Notes: generated from the sequence alone by a model not told the origin. A DNA stretch of 64,000 nt from Nitrospinaceae bacterium (GCA_965223665.1 OZ245011.1:3808001-3872000); one strand, 5' to 3'; positions 8,828 to 19,792 are shown, numbered from the stretch's first letter. Numbers and translations: made by a program.

Positions 8828-10237
8828 ATGAAGTATGACCTTGGTTATGTACTTGATTGTGCATTAGACGGTATTTTTATTGTAGCGAATGACCACCGCT
8901 TGGTTCTATTTAATCGAGCCTGCGAAGAACTTTATGACATTTCAAGAGAAGATGTAATTCAAAATGCGTGTTGGAAACTTTCCGATTTTAAAAGTTCTTG
9001 GGAAGAAATTTCTCGAAAAAGTGGAAAAATTACTTACGGTGAATTGGCTTCCAAAAAGGAGCGAATGACGCTTTTACATAAGAATGGAAAAAAGGTTTGG
9101 ACAGAAACTACCTATACGCCTATTTTTGACGAATCAACAGGGGACATGGCTTATGTAATGGGAGTTATAAAAGATATCACCGAATTAAAAAGAATAGAGG
9201 ATGAAAAAGAACAGCTACAGATAGAAATTGATAAAATACGAAAGGACTTAGAGGAAAAATATGACTTTTCCAGCATTGTGGGGCGATCTCCAGAAATTTT
9301 ACAAGCTTTAAAACTTGCCGCTCAAGTGGCTCAAGAAAATACAACCATTATTTTGTTAGGTGAAAGCGGTACAGGCAAGGAGCTTCTGGCTAAGGCAATT
9401 CATTATAATAGTTCTCGTTCTAGTAAACCTTTCATTGCGGTTAATTGTTCTGCTTTCCCAGATACTTTGATTGAAAGCGAGTTGTTCGGTTATGAAAAAG
9501 GAGCATTCACCGGGGCAGATAAATCTAAACCGGGAAAAATTGGATTGGCTTCAGGAGGAACTCTTTTTTTAGATGAAATCGCAGAGATGAGTCCCCCAGC
9601 TCAAGCAAAAATTTTGCGAGTCATTCAAGAGCGAGAGTATGAGTCCATTGGTTCCGTAACTGCAAAAACTGCAGATATTCGAATCATAACTGCTACAAAC
9701 AAAAACTTAGAGGAAGCAGTAGCTAAAGGGGCTTTTCGGCAGGATTTATTTTATCGTTTATTTGTGTTTCCTATTGTTTTGCCTTCTCTTCGTGATCGCA
9801 TTGAAGATATTCCAGTCTTGGTTGAAATGATGCTTGCGAGATTCAATCATAAAATGGCCAAACAGGTAAAAGGAATTTCAAATCCTGCAATGTCAATACT
9901 AACCAATTATCATTGGCCGGGTAATGTTAGGGAATTACAGAATGTAATTGAACGATTGATGATATTGTCACAGGGGGAAATTATTAATGTTTCTGATTTG
10001 CCAAATTATTTGATAACCCAACAGCAAGGATCGAAACATTCTATAGATAGGGGAATTTTAGAAAAAGGATTTTCCATGGAAGAATATATTGAAAAAATCG
10101 AAAGTAGACTTATCTTGCAAGCTTTAGAAAAATGTAAGCAAAATAAAACTAAAGCCGCTGAAGTTTTGGGAATTTCTCGCTCCACCCTTCGTTATAAAAT
10201 TTCTCACATGTCTTTTCAGGGAGTCATAAAAAACTGA
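8828..10237 (+). CDS. Sigma54-dependent transcriptional activator (PAS, AAA+, Fis-type HTH)
   Basis: GESGTGKE, ESELFG..GAFTGA, LFLDEI, DLFYRL, WPGNVREL, C-terminal HTH. N-terminal PAS/PAC and coiled coil. Confidence 0.96.
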   Translation: MKYDLGYVLDCALDGIFIVANDHRLVLFNRACEELYDISREDVIQNACWKLSDFKSSWEEISRKSGKITYGELASKKERMTLLHKNGKKVWTETTYTPIFDESTGDMAYVMGVIKDITELKRIEDEKEQLQIEIDKIRKDLEEKYDFSSIVGRSPEILQALKLAAQVAQENTTIILLGESGTGKELLAKAIHYNSSRSSKPFIAVNCSAFPDTLIESELFGYEKGAFTGADKSKPGKIGLASGGTLFLDEIAEMSPPAQAKILRVIQEREYESIGSVTAKTADIRIITATNKNLEEAVAKGAFRQDLFYRLFVFPIVLPSLRDRIEDIPVLVEMMLARFNHKMAKQVKGISNPAMSILTNYHWPGNVRELQNVIERLMILSQGEIINVSDLPNYLITQQQGSKHSIDRGILEKGFSMEEYIEKIESRLILQALEKCKQNKTKAAEVLGISRSTLRYKISHMSFQGVIKN

Positions 10238-10273
10238 ATTTAGTATTTAAGGGTCTTTATTTGTGATTTTGAG

Positions 10274-11467
10274 TTAACCTTGATAATCAGGAATCAAATA
10301 ATTTTCTCTAAGGATTTTAAATTCTGCCAGCTCATTTTCCCAAGTCGATTCTATGTTACTTACCATAGAGCTTTCGGCCACCCATTTTTCTCTGAAATCG
10401 GAGTTTCCATAAAGTAGGTCAATAGCCAATCTGTCATTTACAAATTCATAAGGCTCAGTTCGCCATTTAAAGGTTGTGGGAAATAGTTGAAAGGCTTTGC
10501 TAATAATAGTTAATCCAGTGAGGACAGGTTTGAACAAGTTGCGATCAATTAAATGAAGTTGAACTCCACCACATATTTGGCCAGCCCATTTCTGAAATGT
10601 AGGTTTGAAAAAGTGGGGGACAAAAATTATCCCTGGGAGGTTTTCAGAATTTAATGCCTCGGCTAATGTTTTCGGGTCCATTCCCGGGTCACCACATTGT
10701 AAAAATGGCATGGTGGTTCCTCTTCCTTCTGAAGATTGGGTTCCTTCAAAAAAACACATTCCAGGATAAACAATCGCAGTTTCTAAGGTAGGCATGTTTG
10801 GCGAGGGAGCCACCCAAAGTAAACCGGTTTCGTCATACCACATGGAACGTCGCCATCCCTTCATCGGAATGACTTTTAGATCACTACCAATTTTAAAATG
10901 GTCGTTAAACATTAAAGCCAATTCACCGGAGGTCATTCCGTGCCTATTTGGTAATGGGTATTGTCCAACAAACGAAAACCAATTTTTCTGAACAATATTT
11001 CCCTCTACTTGTTTTCCGTTAATGGGATTTGGGCGATCACAAATAATGATAGGGACCCCAGCTTCCCTGCAGGCTTCCATGCAATAAGCCATCGTATAAA
11101 TAAAGGTGTAATATCGAGATCCAATATCTTGTATATCAAATATTAGGGTATCAATATCCTTAAATAAGTTTGGATCAGGTTTAAGGGAATTCTCATCCTT
11201 GCCATAAAGACTATAAACAGGAACACCGGTGAGGGGGTCTTTACTGTCCTCAACTTCTTTCATGTCTTGGTCAACTCCATATAGACCATGTTCAGGAGAA
11301 AAAAGTTTAATTAAATTATACTCAGGATGCTGGTGGAAAAGCTGAAGGGAATGGGTTCCGTTTTTGGCCAAACTCGTGTGGTTGACGACTAAGGCGATAC
11401 GGTTACCATTTAGAAAGTCCTTGGGATTCTTTAGAAGAACATCAAGTCCAGAAAATACAGTTTTCAC
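10274..11467 (-). CDS. namZ: Exo-beta-N-acetylmuramidase, NamZ/YbbC (DUF1343) family
   Basis: LFSPEHG, FDIQDIGSRYYT, DRPNP, RHGMT.GE, PSPNMP, SEGRGT. Confidence 0.9.
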   Translation of the reverse strand: MKTVFSGLDVLLKNPKDFLNGNRIALVVNHTSLAKNGTHSLQLFHQHPEYNLIKLFSPEHGLYGVDQDMKEVEDSKDPLTGVPVYSLYGKDENSLKPDPNLFKDIDTLIFDIQDIGSRYYTFIYTMAYCMEACREAGVPIIICDRPNPINGKQVEGNIVQKNWFSFVGQYPLPNRHGMTSGELALMFNDHFKIGSDLKVIPMKGWRRSMWYDETGLLWVAPSPNMPTLETAIVYPGMCFFEGTQSSEGRGTTMPFLQCGDPGMDPKTLAEALNSENLPGIIFVPHFFKPTFQKWAGQICGGVQLHLIDRNLFKPVLTGLTIISKAFQLFPTTFKWRTEPYEFVNDRLAIDLLYGNSDFREKWVAESSMVSNIESTWENELAEFKILRENYLIPDYQG

Positions 11468-11489
11468 GGAGGGCTCAAAAAAGTATAGA

Positions 11490-12716
11490 TTAGGGAAATT
11501 TATAACCTTTATGAATTACTATGATGTTAGATTCTTTATCGACATGAAATCTTTTTCTATCATCTTCTGGATTATAACCGATTTCTGTTCCAGGAGGAAC
11601 GGTCACATCTTTGTCAATAATGGCCATATTTATTTTGCAGTTAGAGCCTATATGAACTTTATCCATAATAATCGAATTAATGATGGCCGCACCACTGTCG
11701 ATAAATACTCCTTGTCCAACAACAGAGTCTTGTACGACTCCACCGCTTATTATACTGCCTTCTGAAACCAGGCTATTAATAGCTTGACCTCTGCGTCCGT
11801 CTTGATTAAATACAAACTTCGCTGGTGGAAGGCCTAAGGAAACAGTTTTTATAGGCCATTTTCGATTATAAAGATTAAATGTTGGGGATACATTGCGAAG
11901 ATCCATATGTGCTTCCCAATAACTGCCTAAAGTTCCAACATCTCTCCAATAACCAATTTCTTTTTCGGTAATTCCCGGAACTTTATTTTCAGCAAAATTA
12001 TAAGCAAATACACGCCGGTCTTTATAAAGGGAAGGAAGGATGTCTTTTCCAAAATCATGAGAAGAGGATTCGTTTTGTGCATCTTCCTTTAATATTTGTG
12101 TTAAAAAACGGGTATTAAAAATATAATTTCCCATGGAAGCATAAGCCTGATCCGGGTTTCCAGGTATTGATTTGGGTTGTTTTGGCTTCTCTTGAAAACC
12201 AATGACTCTATCTGTTGCATCGACTTGGATGACACCCAGTTGATGAGCATCATCTAAGGGAACAGGGATTGCTGAAATAGTAACATCCGCTTCATTTTCC
12301 AAATGGGATTTAACCATTTGTTCAATATCCATTTTATAGATATGATCGGCTCCAAATATTGCGACAACATCGTAATCTCGGTCTTCTATTAAATTAATAT
12401 TTTGATAGATGGCATCGGCGGTGCCTTGATACCAGCTTTCGCCGGTGCGCTTTTGGGCAGGAACTGGGAGGATGAAGTGGTCCTGTAAAATAGAGCTAAA
12501 CCTCCAACCTTCTTGTAAATGTTCTGTTAAAGATTGAGATTTAAATTGTGTCAAAACATAAATGGAAAAAATTTTAGAATTTACGAAATTGCTAAGAACA
12601 AAATCTATAAGTCGATACTTTCCCCCAAAAGGAACTGCCGGTTTAGCGCGATCCATCGTTAAAGGATAGAGGCGGCTTCCTTCACCACCTGCCATAATCA
12701 TACCTAGTATATTCAT
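11490..12716 (-). CDS. glgC: Glucose-1-phosphate adenylyltransferase
   Basis: AGGEGSRLYPLT..RAKPAVPFGG, WYQGTADA, DHIY, SMGNY, DFGKD, YWRDVGT. Confidence 0.97.
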   Translation of the reverse strand: MNILGMIMAGGEGSRLYPLTMDRAKPAVPFGGKYRLIDFVLSNFVNSKIFSIYVLTQFKSQSLTEHLQEGWRFSSILQDHFILPVPAQKRTGESWYQGTADAIYQNINLIEDRDYDVVAIFGADHIYKMDIEQMVKSHLENEADVTISAIPVPLDDAHQLGVIQVDATDRVIGFQEKPKQPKSIPGNPDQAYASMGNYIFNTRFLTQILKEDAQNESSSHDFGKDILPSLYKDRRVFAYNFAENKVPGITEKEIGYWRDVGTLGSYWEAHMDLRNVSPTFNLYNRKWPIKTVSLGLPPAKFVFNQDGRRGQAINSLVSEGSIISGGVVQDSVVGQGVFIDSGAAIINSIIMDKVHIGSNCKINMAIIDKDVTVPPGTEIGYNPEDDRKRFHVDKESNIIVIHKGYKFP

Positions 12717-12985
12717 AATATTGGTTGAGGCTTAATTAGGGAATAATTGAAGAGATAGCCTTTTATGATCGCATATTTTTTACAAACCTTAAACCGTTAT
12801 TCTGGTTTAAATGGCAATTTGTTAAATTAATCAATGATTAAGTAGTCTAATTCAATTTTTTATAGATAGACAAAACTTTCATATTTTGTAGGACCTAAAA
12901 ACTTGCTCCAAATTTTTTCAGGAAAAAATCCATAAATTAGTATGCTACAATCAGAATTTTAAACTCCGATTACCTTTCCAAAAGC

Positions 12986-13714
12986 ATGCACTCTTTTCAG
13001 AAAATAGTATTATTTTCTTTTATGGTAATTTTATTATTTTTTGATTATGGTTGGACAAGTGTAACTGAATTGGATTCGAATTTTGATGGTAAGGTGGATC
13101 AGTGGCAATATTATGATTCCAATGGAAAGTTGGAAAAAGTAGACTTTGACAACAACCAGGACGGTGTCATTGAACAACGAGTTTATTATTCAGAAGGGAA
13201 AATTCAGACTCGGGCAGAGTTTGATGTTGATGCAGATGGAAAAATCGACCAAGCGCAGCATTATATGGTAAATGGCAAGTTATCAAAAATTGAGAAGGAC
13301 AGAAATAAGGATGGCAATTTTGATTCCACTGAATTTTTTAATGAACAGGGTTCAACTGTTAAAGTGGAATTAGATGATAACTATGATGGAAACATTGACG
13401 TTTGGCAGTTTTTTAATAAAAACGAAAAAGTTGAACGTGCAGAGTATGATACAGATTTTAATGGGTCCGTTGATCGTTGGGATCATTTTGGAGCCAACTC
13501 TAAGTTAGAGAAGATGGCCTTTGATACAGATGGCAACCAAAAAGCAGACCACTGGCAGTATTTAGATGATCAGGAAAAGATAAAACGCGCTGAGTTTGAT
13601 ACCAATGGGGATGGAAAAACGGATCAATGGGAACATTATTCGAATGGAAAGGTTAATCGAATTGAGAAAGATCAAAATTTTGATGGCATGCCCGATTTAA
13701 TTGAAAAGAAATAA
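12986..13714 (+). CDS. Secreted protein made of about nine 25-aa Dx[DN]xDG repeats
   Basis: Signal peptide followed by repeats such as ELDSNFDGKVDQWQYY and EFDTNGDGKTDQWEHY. Confidence 0.85.
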   Translation: MHSFQKIVLFSFMVILLFFDYGWTSVTELDSNFDGKVDQWQYYDSNGKLEKVDFDNNQDGVIEQRVYYSEGKIQTRAEFDVDADGKIDQAQHYMVNGKLSKIEKDRNKDGNFDSTEFFNEQGSTVKVELDDNYDGNIDVWQFFNKNEKVERAEYDTDFNGSVDRWDHFGANSKLEKMAFDTDGNQKADHWQYLDDQEKIKRAEFDTNGDGKTDQWEHYSNGKVNRIEKDQNFDGMPDLIEKK

Positions 13715-13752
13715 TTATTCTTTTAACTATTGGTTAATTTAGGTACTGAACT

Positions 13753-14895
13753 CTAATTTAAATTTTTCTTCTTTTTATTTTTAAAGTAGTCACTAAATAG
13801 AGGAAAACTTTCTCTCCAGGTAAAATTCAAAGCATAGATTTGAACAAATTCGCCAACAATAAATTGACCCCTAAAATCAAATGTAAGAGAAACTCCTTCT
13901 GCGAGTTCCCATGTTTTGACTATCCCGGCTTCTTCAAAATGGTTGGATTTGTAAAACGGATCCCCTTTTGCTAAAGGAATACCGGGCATAGTAATGTCTC
14001 CACGTGGGGAATTAAATGTTTGGCTCCCTCCTTGCCACATTAAAAAATAAAAATAAGTGTCCCAAAGAGTTGCAAAAAAACGAGCTGAAATTCCTTCGTC
14101 ATCAACCTGAGGTAAAGCCGGAGGATCATCACTATTGTAAAGGTAATGGACGGTAAACCCAATTTCATCAAGAATTCCGGCTCCTCCCACGTTGTAAGGG
14201 TGAAAGGTATAACCAGTACCAGCCCCTAGACTCAGGTTATTAAACACTCCAGGTCCAGTATTTTTTTGTCCTCCAAGATGAACCCAATAAAGCTGTCCCT
14301 CCAGCATGAAGCCATTAAACTTTATTCGTGTAACATCGCCAACAGAGAACTTTTCCCTTCGACCCGGAGTTTCTCTCTCCTCCCAACTGATCCAAAGATC
14401 TTGAAGTATATGTTTGGTGTTTCCTTTAATTTGGAAGCCTTGCTCAATAGGTTCCAGGTAACGTAGGTTGTCATTAAAAAATGCATCATGTAGAGGATGA
14501 TTTCTATCTATGGTCCCACCGGTGATTAACCAACCAGGAAAAAAAGCATAATGAATGGAAATAATGGGGTCGGCGGAATCAATTCTATCATCATCACCAA
14601 AAGGATTATCTAAAAGAGCTCCCACCTCCACTTGAAGTCCTTTTTTAAAACTATAACGAAGATAAATTTTGGCGATGTTCCCTGTAATGGTAAACCCTTC
14701 ATTTATGACGTCTATTTTGGTGTGCTCCTGGTTATAAAAAAAGGTTTGGTTATCTACGATTAATTTTAAAGGAGAGTCAGCAGATACAGTCTGAACTGAA
14801 GAAATTAAAAAGATTGCGCTGAAAAATATTAATCTTGAAATAATTTTCTGAAAGTGTGAACTGATTTGAGATTTTGAAAAGAAAATGATTTTCAA
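13753..14895 (-). CDS. Putative outer-membrane beta-barrel protein
   Basis: Signal peptide (..VSA-D) and many amphipathic aromatic-rich beta-strand-like segments. No family recognised. Confidence 0.6.
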   Translation of the reverse strand: MKIIFFSKSQISSHFQKIISRLIFFSAIFLISSVQTVSADSPLKLIVDNQTFFYNQEHTKIDVINEGFTITGNIAKIYLRYSFKKGLQVEVGALLDNPFGDDDRIDSADPIISIHYAFFPGWLITGGTIDRNHPLHDAFFNDNLRYLEPIEQGFQIKGNTKHILQDLWISWEERETPGRREKFSVGDVTRIKFNGFMLEGQLYWVHLGGQKNTGPGVFNNLSLGAGTGYTFHPYNVGGAGILDEIGFTVHYLYNSDDPPALPQVDDEGISARFFATLWDTYFYFLMWQGGSQTFNSPRGDITMPGIPLAKGDPFYKSNHFEEAGIVKTWELAEGVSLTFDFRGQFIVGEFVQIYALNFTWRESFPLFSDYFKNKKKKNLN

Positions 14896-15067
14896 AAGAT
14901 TTATTTAGTTAGCAAATGTAATTGGTAGGATCAAATATCGGAGCACAATAACTAATGGACCTAATTCCAATATAAGGGAGAAAAATGATTCAAGCAAATG
15001 GCTTTTTCTAAAAAAAGCCTCTCTCCAGCGCGGTCAAAAAAAATTACCCCTAAAATTAGGGTTTGTA

Positions 15068-15080
15068 TAAATGATTGATT
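15068..15080. promoter_or_regulatory. IHF consensus site
   Basis: TAAATGATTGATT matches YAA-N4-TTGATW. Confidence 0.4.
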
Positions 15081-15165
15081 TTAAAAGTATTGTAGGCAGT
15101 TTTATTATAAAGTCAATTCTTTTTTTGAATTAATTTGAAGAATTTTAATATTGGGTTTAAAAGGC

Positions 15166-15196
15166 AAAAAAAACCCGGTCCCAAAGGACCGGGTTT
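15166..15196 (-). terminator. Rho-independent terminator of groESL
   Basis: AAACCCGGTCC-caaa-GGACCGGGTTT hairpin with a poly-U tail on the minus strand. Confidence 0.92.
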
Positions 15197-15217
15197 GAAA
15201 TACGGGAAGGGGTGAAC

Positions 15218-16882
<1,665 letters not shown>

Positions 16883-16927
16883 TTATATTCACTCCTAATT
16901 AAAGATTTAGTTTACTGGGAATTACTT

Positions 16928-17215
16928 TTATTCAACGATTCCTAAAATGTCGTCTTCTCGCATTAAAAGGTAATCTTCTCCTTCGATTTTGATTTCAGTA
17001 CCGCCATATTTGCTGTAAAGAACTTTGTCTCCAACTTTGACGTCAGGCTTAACGCGTTTGCCGTCATCACCTACTTTTCCTTGGCCTACGGCCTTCACGC
17101 GGCCTTCAATGGGTTTTTCTTTGGCGGAATCAGGAATAATGATGCCCCCCTTACGGACTTCTTTTTCCCGAATAGGTTGAACCAAAATACGATCTTGCAA
17201 AGGACGAATATTCAT
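16928..17215 (-). CDS. groS: Co-chaperonin GroES
   Basis: [26 protein letters not shown]. Confidence 0.99.
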   Translation of the reverse strand: MNIRPLQDRILVQPIREKEVRKGGIIIPDSAKEKPIEGRVKAVGQGKVGDDGKRVKPDVKVGDKVLYSKYGGTEIKIEGEDYLLMREDDILGIVE

Positions 17216-17337
17216 AGCTTCTCCTCAAAAAATTGGTTTTTTGTTAATATTTATAAAAATAACCACAATAGGGTTTGGAAATTATTGAAAAACTCCGAAA
17301 ATACGGAATAATGGGTTTTAAAATGAAAAATCAATTT

Positions 17338-17364
17338 TTAGCACTCAGGAAACACGAGTGCTAA
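17338..17364. promoter_or_regulatory. CIRCE element (HrcA operator)
   Basis: Perfect TTAGCACTC-N9-GAGTGCTAA upstream of groES. A -35-like TTGCCA lies at 17390-17395 on the minus strand. Confidence 0.97.
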
Positions 17365-17440
17365 GTATATATAAGACTCATTTTTTAAATGGCAAGGTTC
17401 GGATACAAAAAAATCAAAAAAAAGTGAAAAAAAACAACTT

Positions 17441-17839
17441 ATGAAAAAACAACCTTCTAGCGAACTTGATGTGTTCAAAAACCCAAATCCCGAAAGAGAT
17501 TATGAAATTCATATGGAATGCCCGGAATTTACTTGTTTATGTCCGAAAACAGGACAGCCAGATTTTGCAAACATCGATATTTTTTATATTCCAGATAAAC
17601 TTTGTGTGGAATTGAAATCCTTAAAACTTTATTTATGGTCATTTCGAAATGAAGGGGCTTTTCATGAGGCTGTAACAAATCAAATTTTGAACGATTTAGT
17701 GAAAGCATGTCGTCCAAGGTGGATGAAGGTTGTAGGTGAGTTTTTTGTTCGAGGTGGTATTCAAACCACGATTACAGTTGAACATTATGGGAAAAAGCGT
17801 AAGCCTTTGGCTAAAGCAAGGGGTAAAAAGAAGGAATAA
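17441..17839 (+). CDS. queF: NADPH-dependent preQ0 reductase (short type I)
   Basis: [29 protein letters not shown]. Confidence 0.96.
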   Translation: MKKQPSSELDVFKNPNPERDYEIHMECPEFTCLCPKTGQPDFANIDIFYIPDKLCVELKSLKLYLWSFRNEGAFHEAVTNQILNDLVKACRPRWMKVVGEFFVRGGIQTTITVEHYGKKRKPLAKARGKKKE

Positions 17840-17843
17840 GGCT

Positions 17844-18224
17844 ATGTTAATCCGGGAAGGGGAATGTCATCAATGCGGGGAGTGTTGCCAATCCGTAAAT
17901 ATTACGGTTGTCAGAGATGTCACTTTGCTCCAGCATGGTAGCCTTGAAGAATTAAAACGATATATGAGTTTTCGGGGAATTCGTGTTGTGGGAGAAGATA
18001 AAGAAAAAAACATGTTATTTTATACCCTGGATATACCCTGTAGCCAATTGACCCAAAATAAAAATTGCAAGGTTCATGGCTCTCCAGAAAAACCCTTATT
18101 GTGCTTAAAATACCCTTGGGAGCCAGATGATATTGATAAATGCGGGTACCAATTTGTGGAAAAAAACAATTTTGACTCTATTTCAAACGAAAAGAAAGCA
18201 TCGAATCCAAATCGAAAATTATGA
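17844..18224 (+). CDS. YkgJ-like CxxCxxCC (Zn or Fe-S) protein
   Basis: CHQCGECC...CSQL....CKVH...KPLLC..YP. The ATG at 17844, just after the queF stop, is the likely start. Confidence 0.85.
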   Translation: MLIREGECHQCGECCQSVNITVVRDVTLLQHGSLEELKRYMSFRGIRVVGEDKEKNMLFYTLDIPCSQLTQNKNCKVHGSPEKPLLCLKYPWEPDDIDKCGYQFVEKNNFDSISNEKKASNPNRKL

Positions 18225-18703
18225 AGACTTTTTCAAAGGACAATAGATTTTGTGATAATGAAGATGGAACAATTTCAGATGCTTCAACTGGTTTAATGTG
18301 GCAGGAAGGTTATGCATATTCTGAAACGGGAAATTACGTAAATTGGTACGAAGCAAATGAATATATTGATCGGATAAATAAAAAGGGCTTGGGTGGTTAC
18401 CAGGATTGGCGACTCCCTGACAAGGTAGAATTACAAAGCTTGTATGAATTGAGTCGTCCTTTTGAATCCAGAGGCAAAACCTATATTTTGCATATTGATC
18501 CTATATTTGAGTTTGGTTATGGAAGTTGTTTTTGGACTTGGAAAAGTCGATGGTCCGGAGCTCAGGGGTTCTTATTTGATATTGGGGAACGTGTTTGGTT
18601 TCCAAAAGCGAGCCCTTCAGCTACTGTAAGAGCGGTGCGCCAGAACATGAATCCATTTAAACTTTTAGGATTTTATGAAGAAAAGAAAATCAAAATCGGA
18701 TAA
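18221..18703 (+). CDS. DUF1566 (Lcl C-terminal) domain protein
   Basis: RF.DN.DGTISD..TGLMWQ, W.EA..Y, GGY.DWRLP...EL.SL, VRAVR. ATGA coupling to the upstream gene. Confidence 0.88.
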   Translation: MKTFSKDNRFCDNEDGTISDASTGLMWQEGYAYSETGNYVNWYEANEYIDRINKKGLGGYQDWRLPDKVELQSLYELSRPFESRGKTYILHIDPIFEFGYGSCFWTWKSRWSGAQGFLFDIGERVWFPKASPSATVRAVRQNMNPFKLLGFYEEKKIKIG

Positions 18704-18998
18704 TCTTTCAACAGGTGTTTCCCTGGTGGATTCTAAATCAATCCAGCGTGAAAAAAATAAAGCACGGGAATTGCGAAAAACTCAATGGTGGCAGAGCAAG
18801 TTGCAAGTAGGTATTTGCCATTATTGTGGTGAGAAATTTGGAGCGGCGGAGTTAACTATGGACCACGTAATTCCGGTTTCTCGAGGGGGAAAAAGTACCA
18901 AGGGTAATGTCGTCACAGCCTGTAAGGCTTGTAATAATAAAAAGAAATATCTTACCCCGGTAGATATGATTTTGCAAAGCCAACCATTTTCAAAGTAA
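18675..18998 (+). CDS. Small HNH endonuclease family protein
   Basis: CHYC...[12 protein letters not shown]....NVV.ACK.CN.KK. Confidence 0.92.
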   Translation: MKKRKSKSDNLSTGVSLVDSKSIQREKNKARELRKTQWWQSKLQVGICHYCGEKFGAAELTMDHVIPVSRGGKSTKGNVVTACKACNNKKKYLTPVDMILQSQPFSK

Positions 18999-19023
18999 TG
19001 AAGGTCAAGTAAGAGAGGTTTTA

Positions 19024-19113
19024 ATGGATAGTGATAAAATGCTGAAGATAATGGGTTGGGTGGTTGGACTCAGCGTTTTCTTTGGAGTGATACTTTTTAT
19101 ATTTAAAACTTAG
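19024..19113 (+). CDS. Putative 29-aa single-pass membrane microprotein (not in the ORF track)
   Basis: GAGAGG RBS 5 nt before ATG. Translation MDSDKMLKIMGWVVGLSVFFGVILFIFKT*. Confidence 0.6.
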   Translation: MDSDKMLKIMGWVVGLSVFFGVILFIFKT

Positions 19114-19141
19114 TGGAACATTAAAGGTATATAGTTTGATT

Positions 19142-19792
19142 TTAAGAAGGAATATCCATACTGCTTGGAGGGGCTTGATTCCGAGGTTGATCCTTAGCAG
19201 CCAGCGCTTCATATCGCGGATCTAATTTTTTTTGTTCTTCAACTAAAGTTTGGCATATGCGGGTTTCGCAAATAAGAACAAGATGAATTCCCAGCTTTGT
19301 TTTAACAGGTTCAGAAACAACAAACTTTTGTCCTTTCATTATTGCATCCCTTAAATCTTCAGTAAGAAGATCTTCCTTTTCGGGAGTTTTAGCATGGACC
19401 CAGTCTAAATCTCCACCCACCATGCGAGAAGGGCAGGTGCTATATTTTTTGGCCAAGCGACCAAAGAATTTTTCAATTTTTTCGCAATCTATAAATTCTT
19501 TATCAGGGTCGTTAGAGGGTTCAGACGCTAATTCTTTTTGATAATCCTTGATAGTTTGTCTAATTAAATTTGCAGGCTCAATACTTGAAAGCCTAATGTG
19601 TCTTACTCTGTGTTCTAATGGTTTATCTGTCTTTATTTTGGCTTTTTTGGGTTTAAAAACTTTTCGTGGCTTGATCTGAGGTTTTTTGGATGGTTCAGCC
19701 GAAGATTTATTTTCAACCTTGGGATCTTTGGCGGTCTTGTCCCGCTGATAAATGGTTTTTTCAGCTTCTTTGGGAAACTGCTCTTCAGACAT
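19142..19792 (-). CDS. Parvulin (PpiC-type) peptidyl-prolyl isomerase-like protein
   Basis: VRHI, F..LAKKYS.CPS...GGDL.W, SEPVKT..G.HL. Confidence 0.85.
   Translation of the reverse strand: MSEEQFPKEAEKTIYQRDKTAKDPKVENKSSAEPSKKPQIKPRKVFKPKKAKIKTDKPLEHRVRHIRLSSIEPANLIRQTIKDYQKELASEPSNDPDKEFIDCEKIEKFFGRLAKKYSTCPSRMVGGDLDWVHAKTPEKEDLLTEDLRDAIMKGQKFVVSEPVKTKLGIHLVLICETRICQTLVEEQKKLDPRYEALAAKDQPRNQAPPSSMDIPS

Noticed and set aside
17391..17440. Possible preQ1-I riboswitch upstream of queF (AGGTTC followed by A-rich tracts)
   Set aside because: There is no complementary strand to form the P1 stem, and the segment overlaps the divergent groES -35 element.
18675..18998. HNH gene as a marker of a prophage, intron or mobile element
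   Set aside because: No phage, integrase or intron features flank it; it looks like a stand-alone chromosomal HNH protein.
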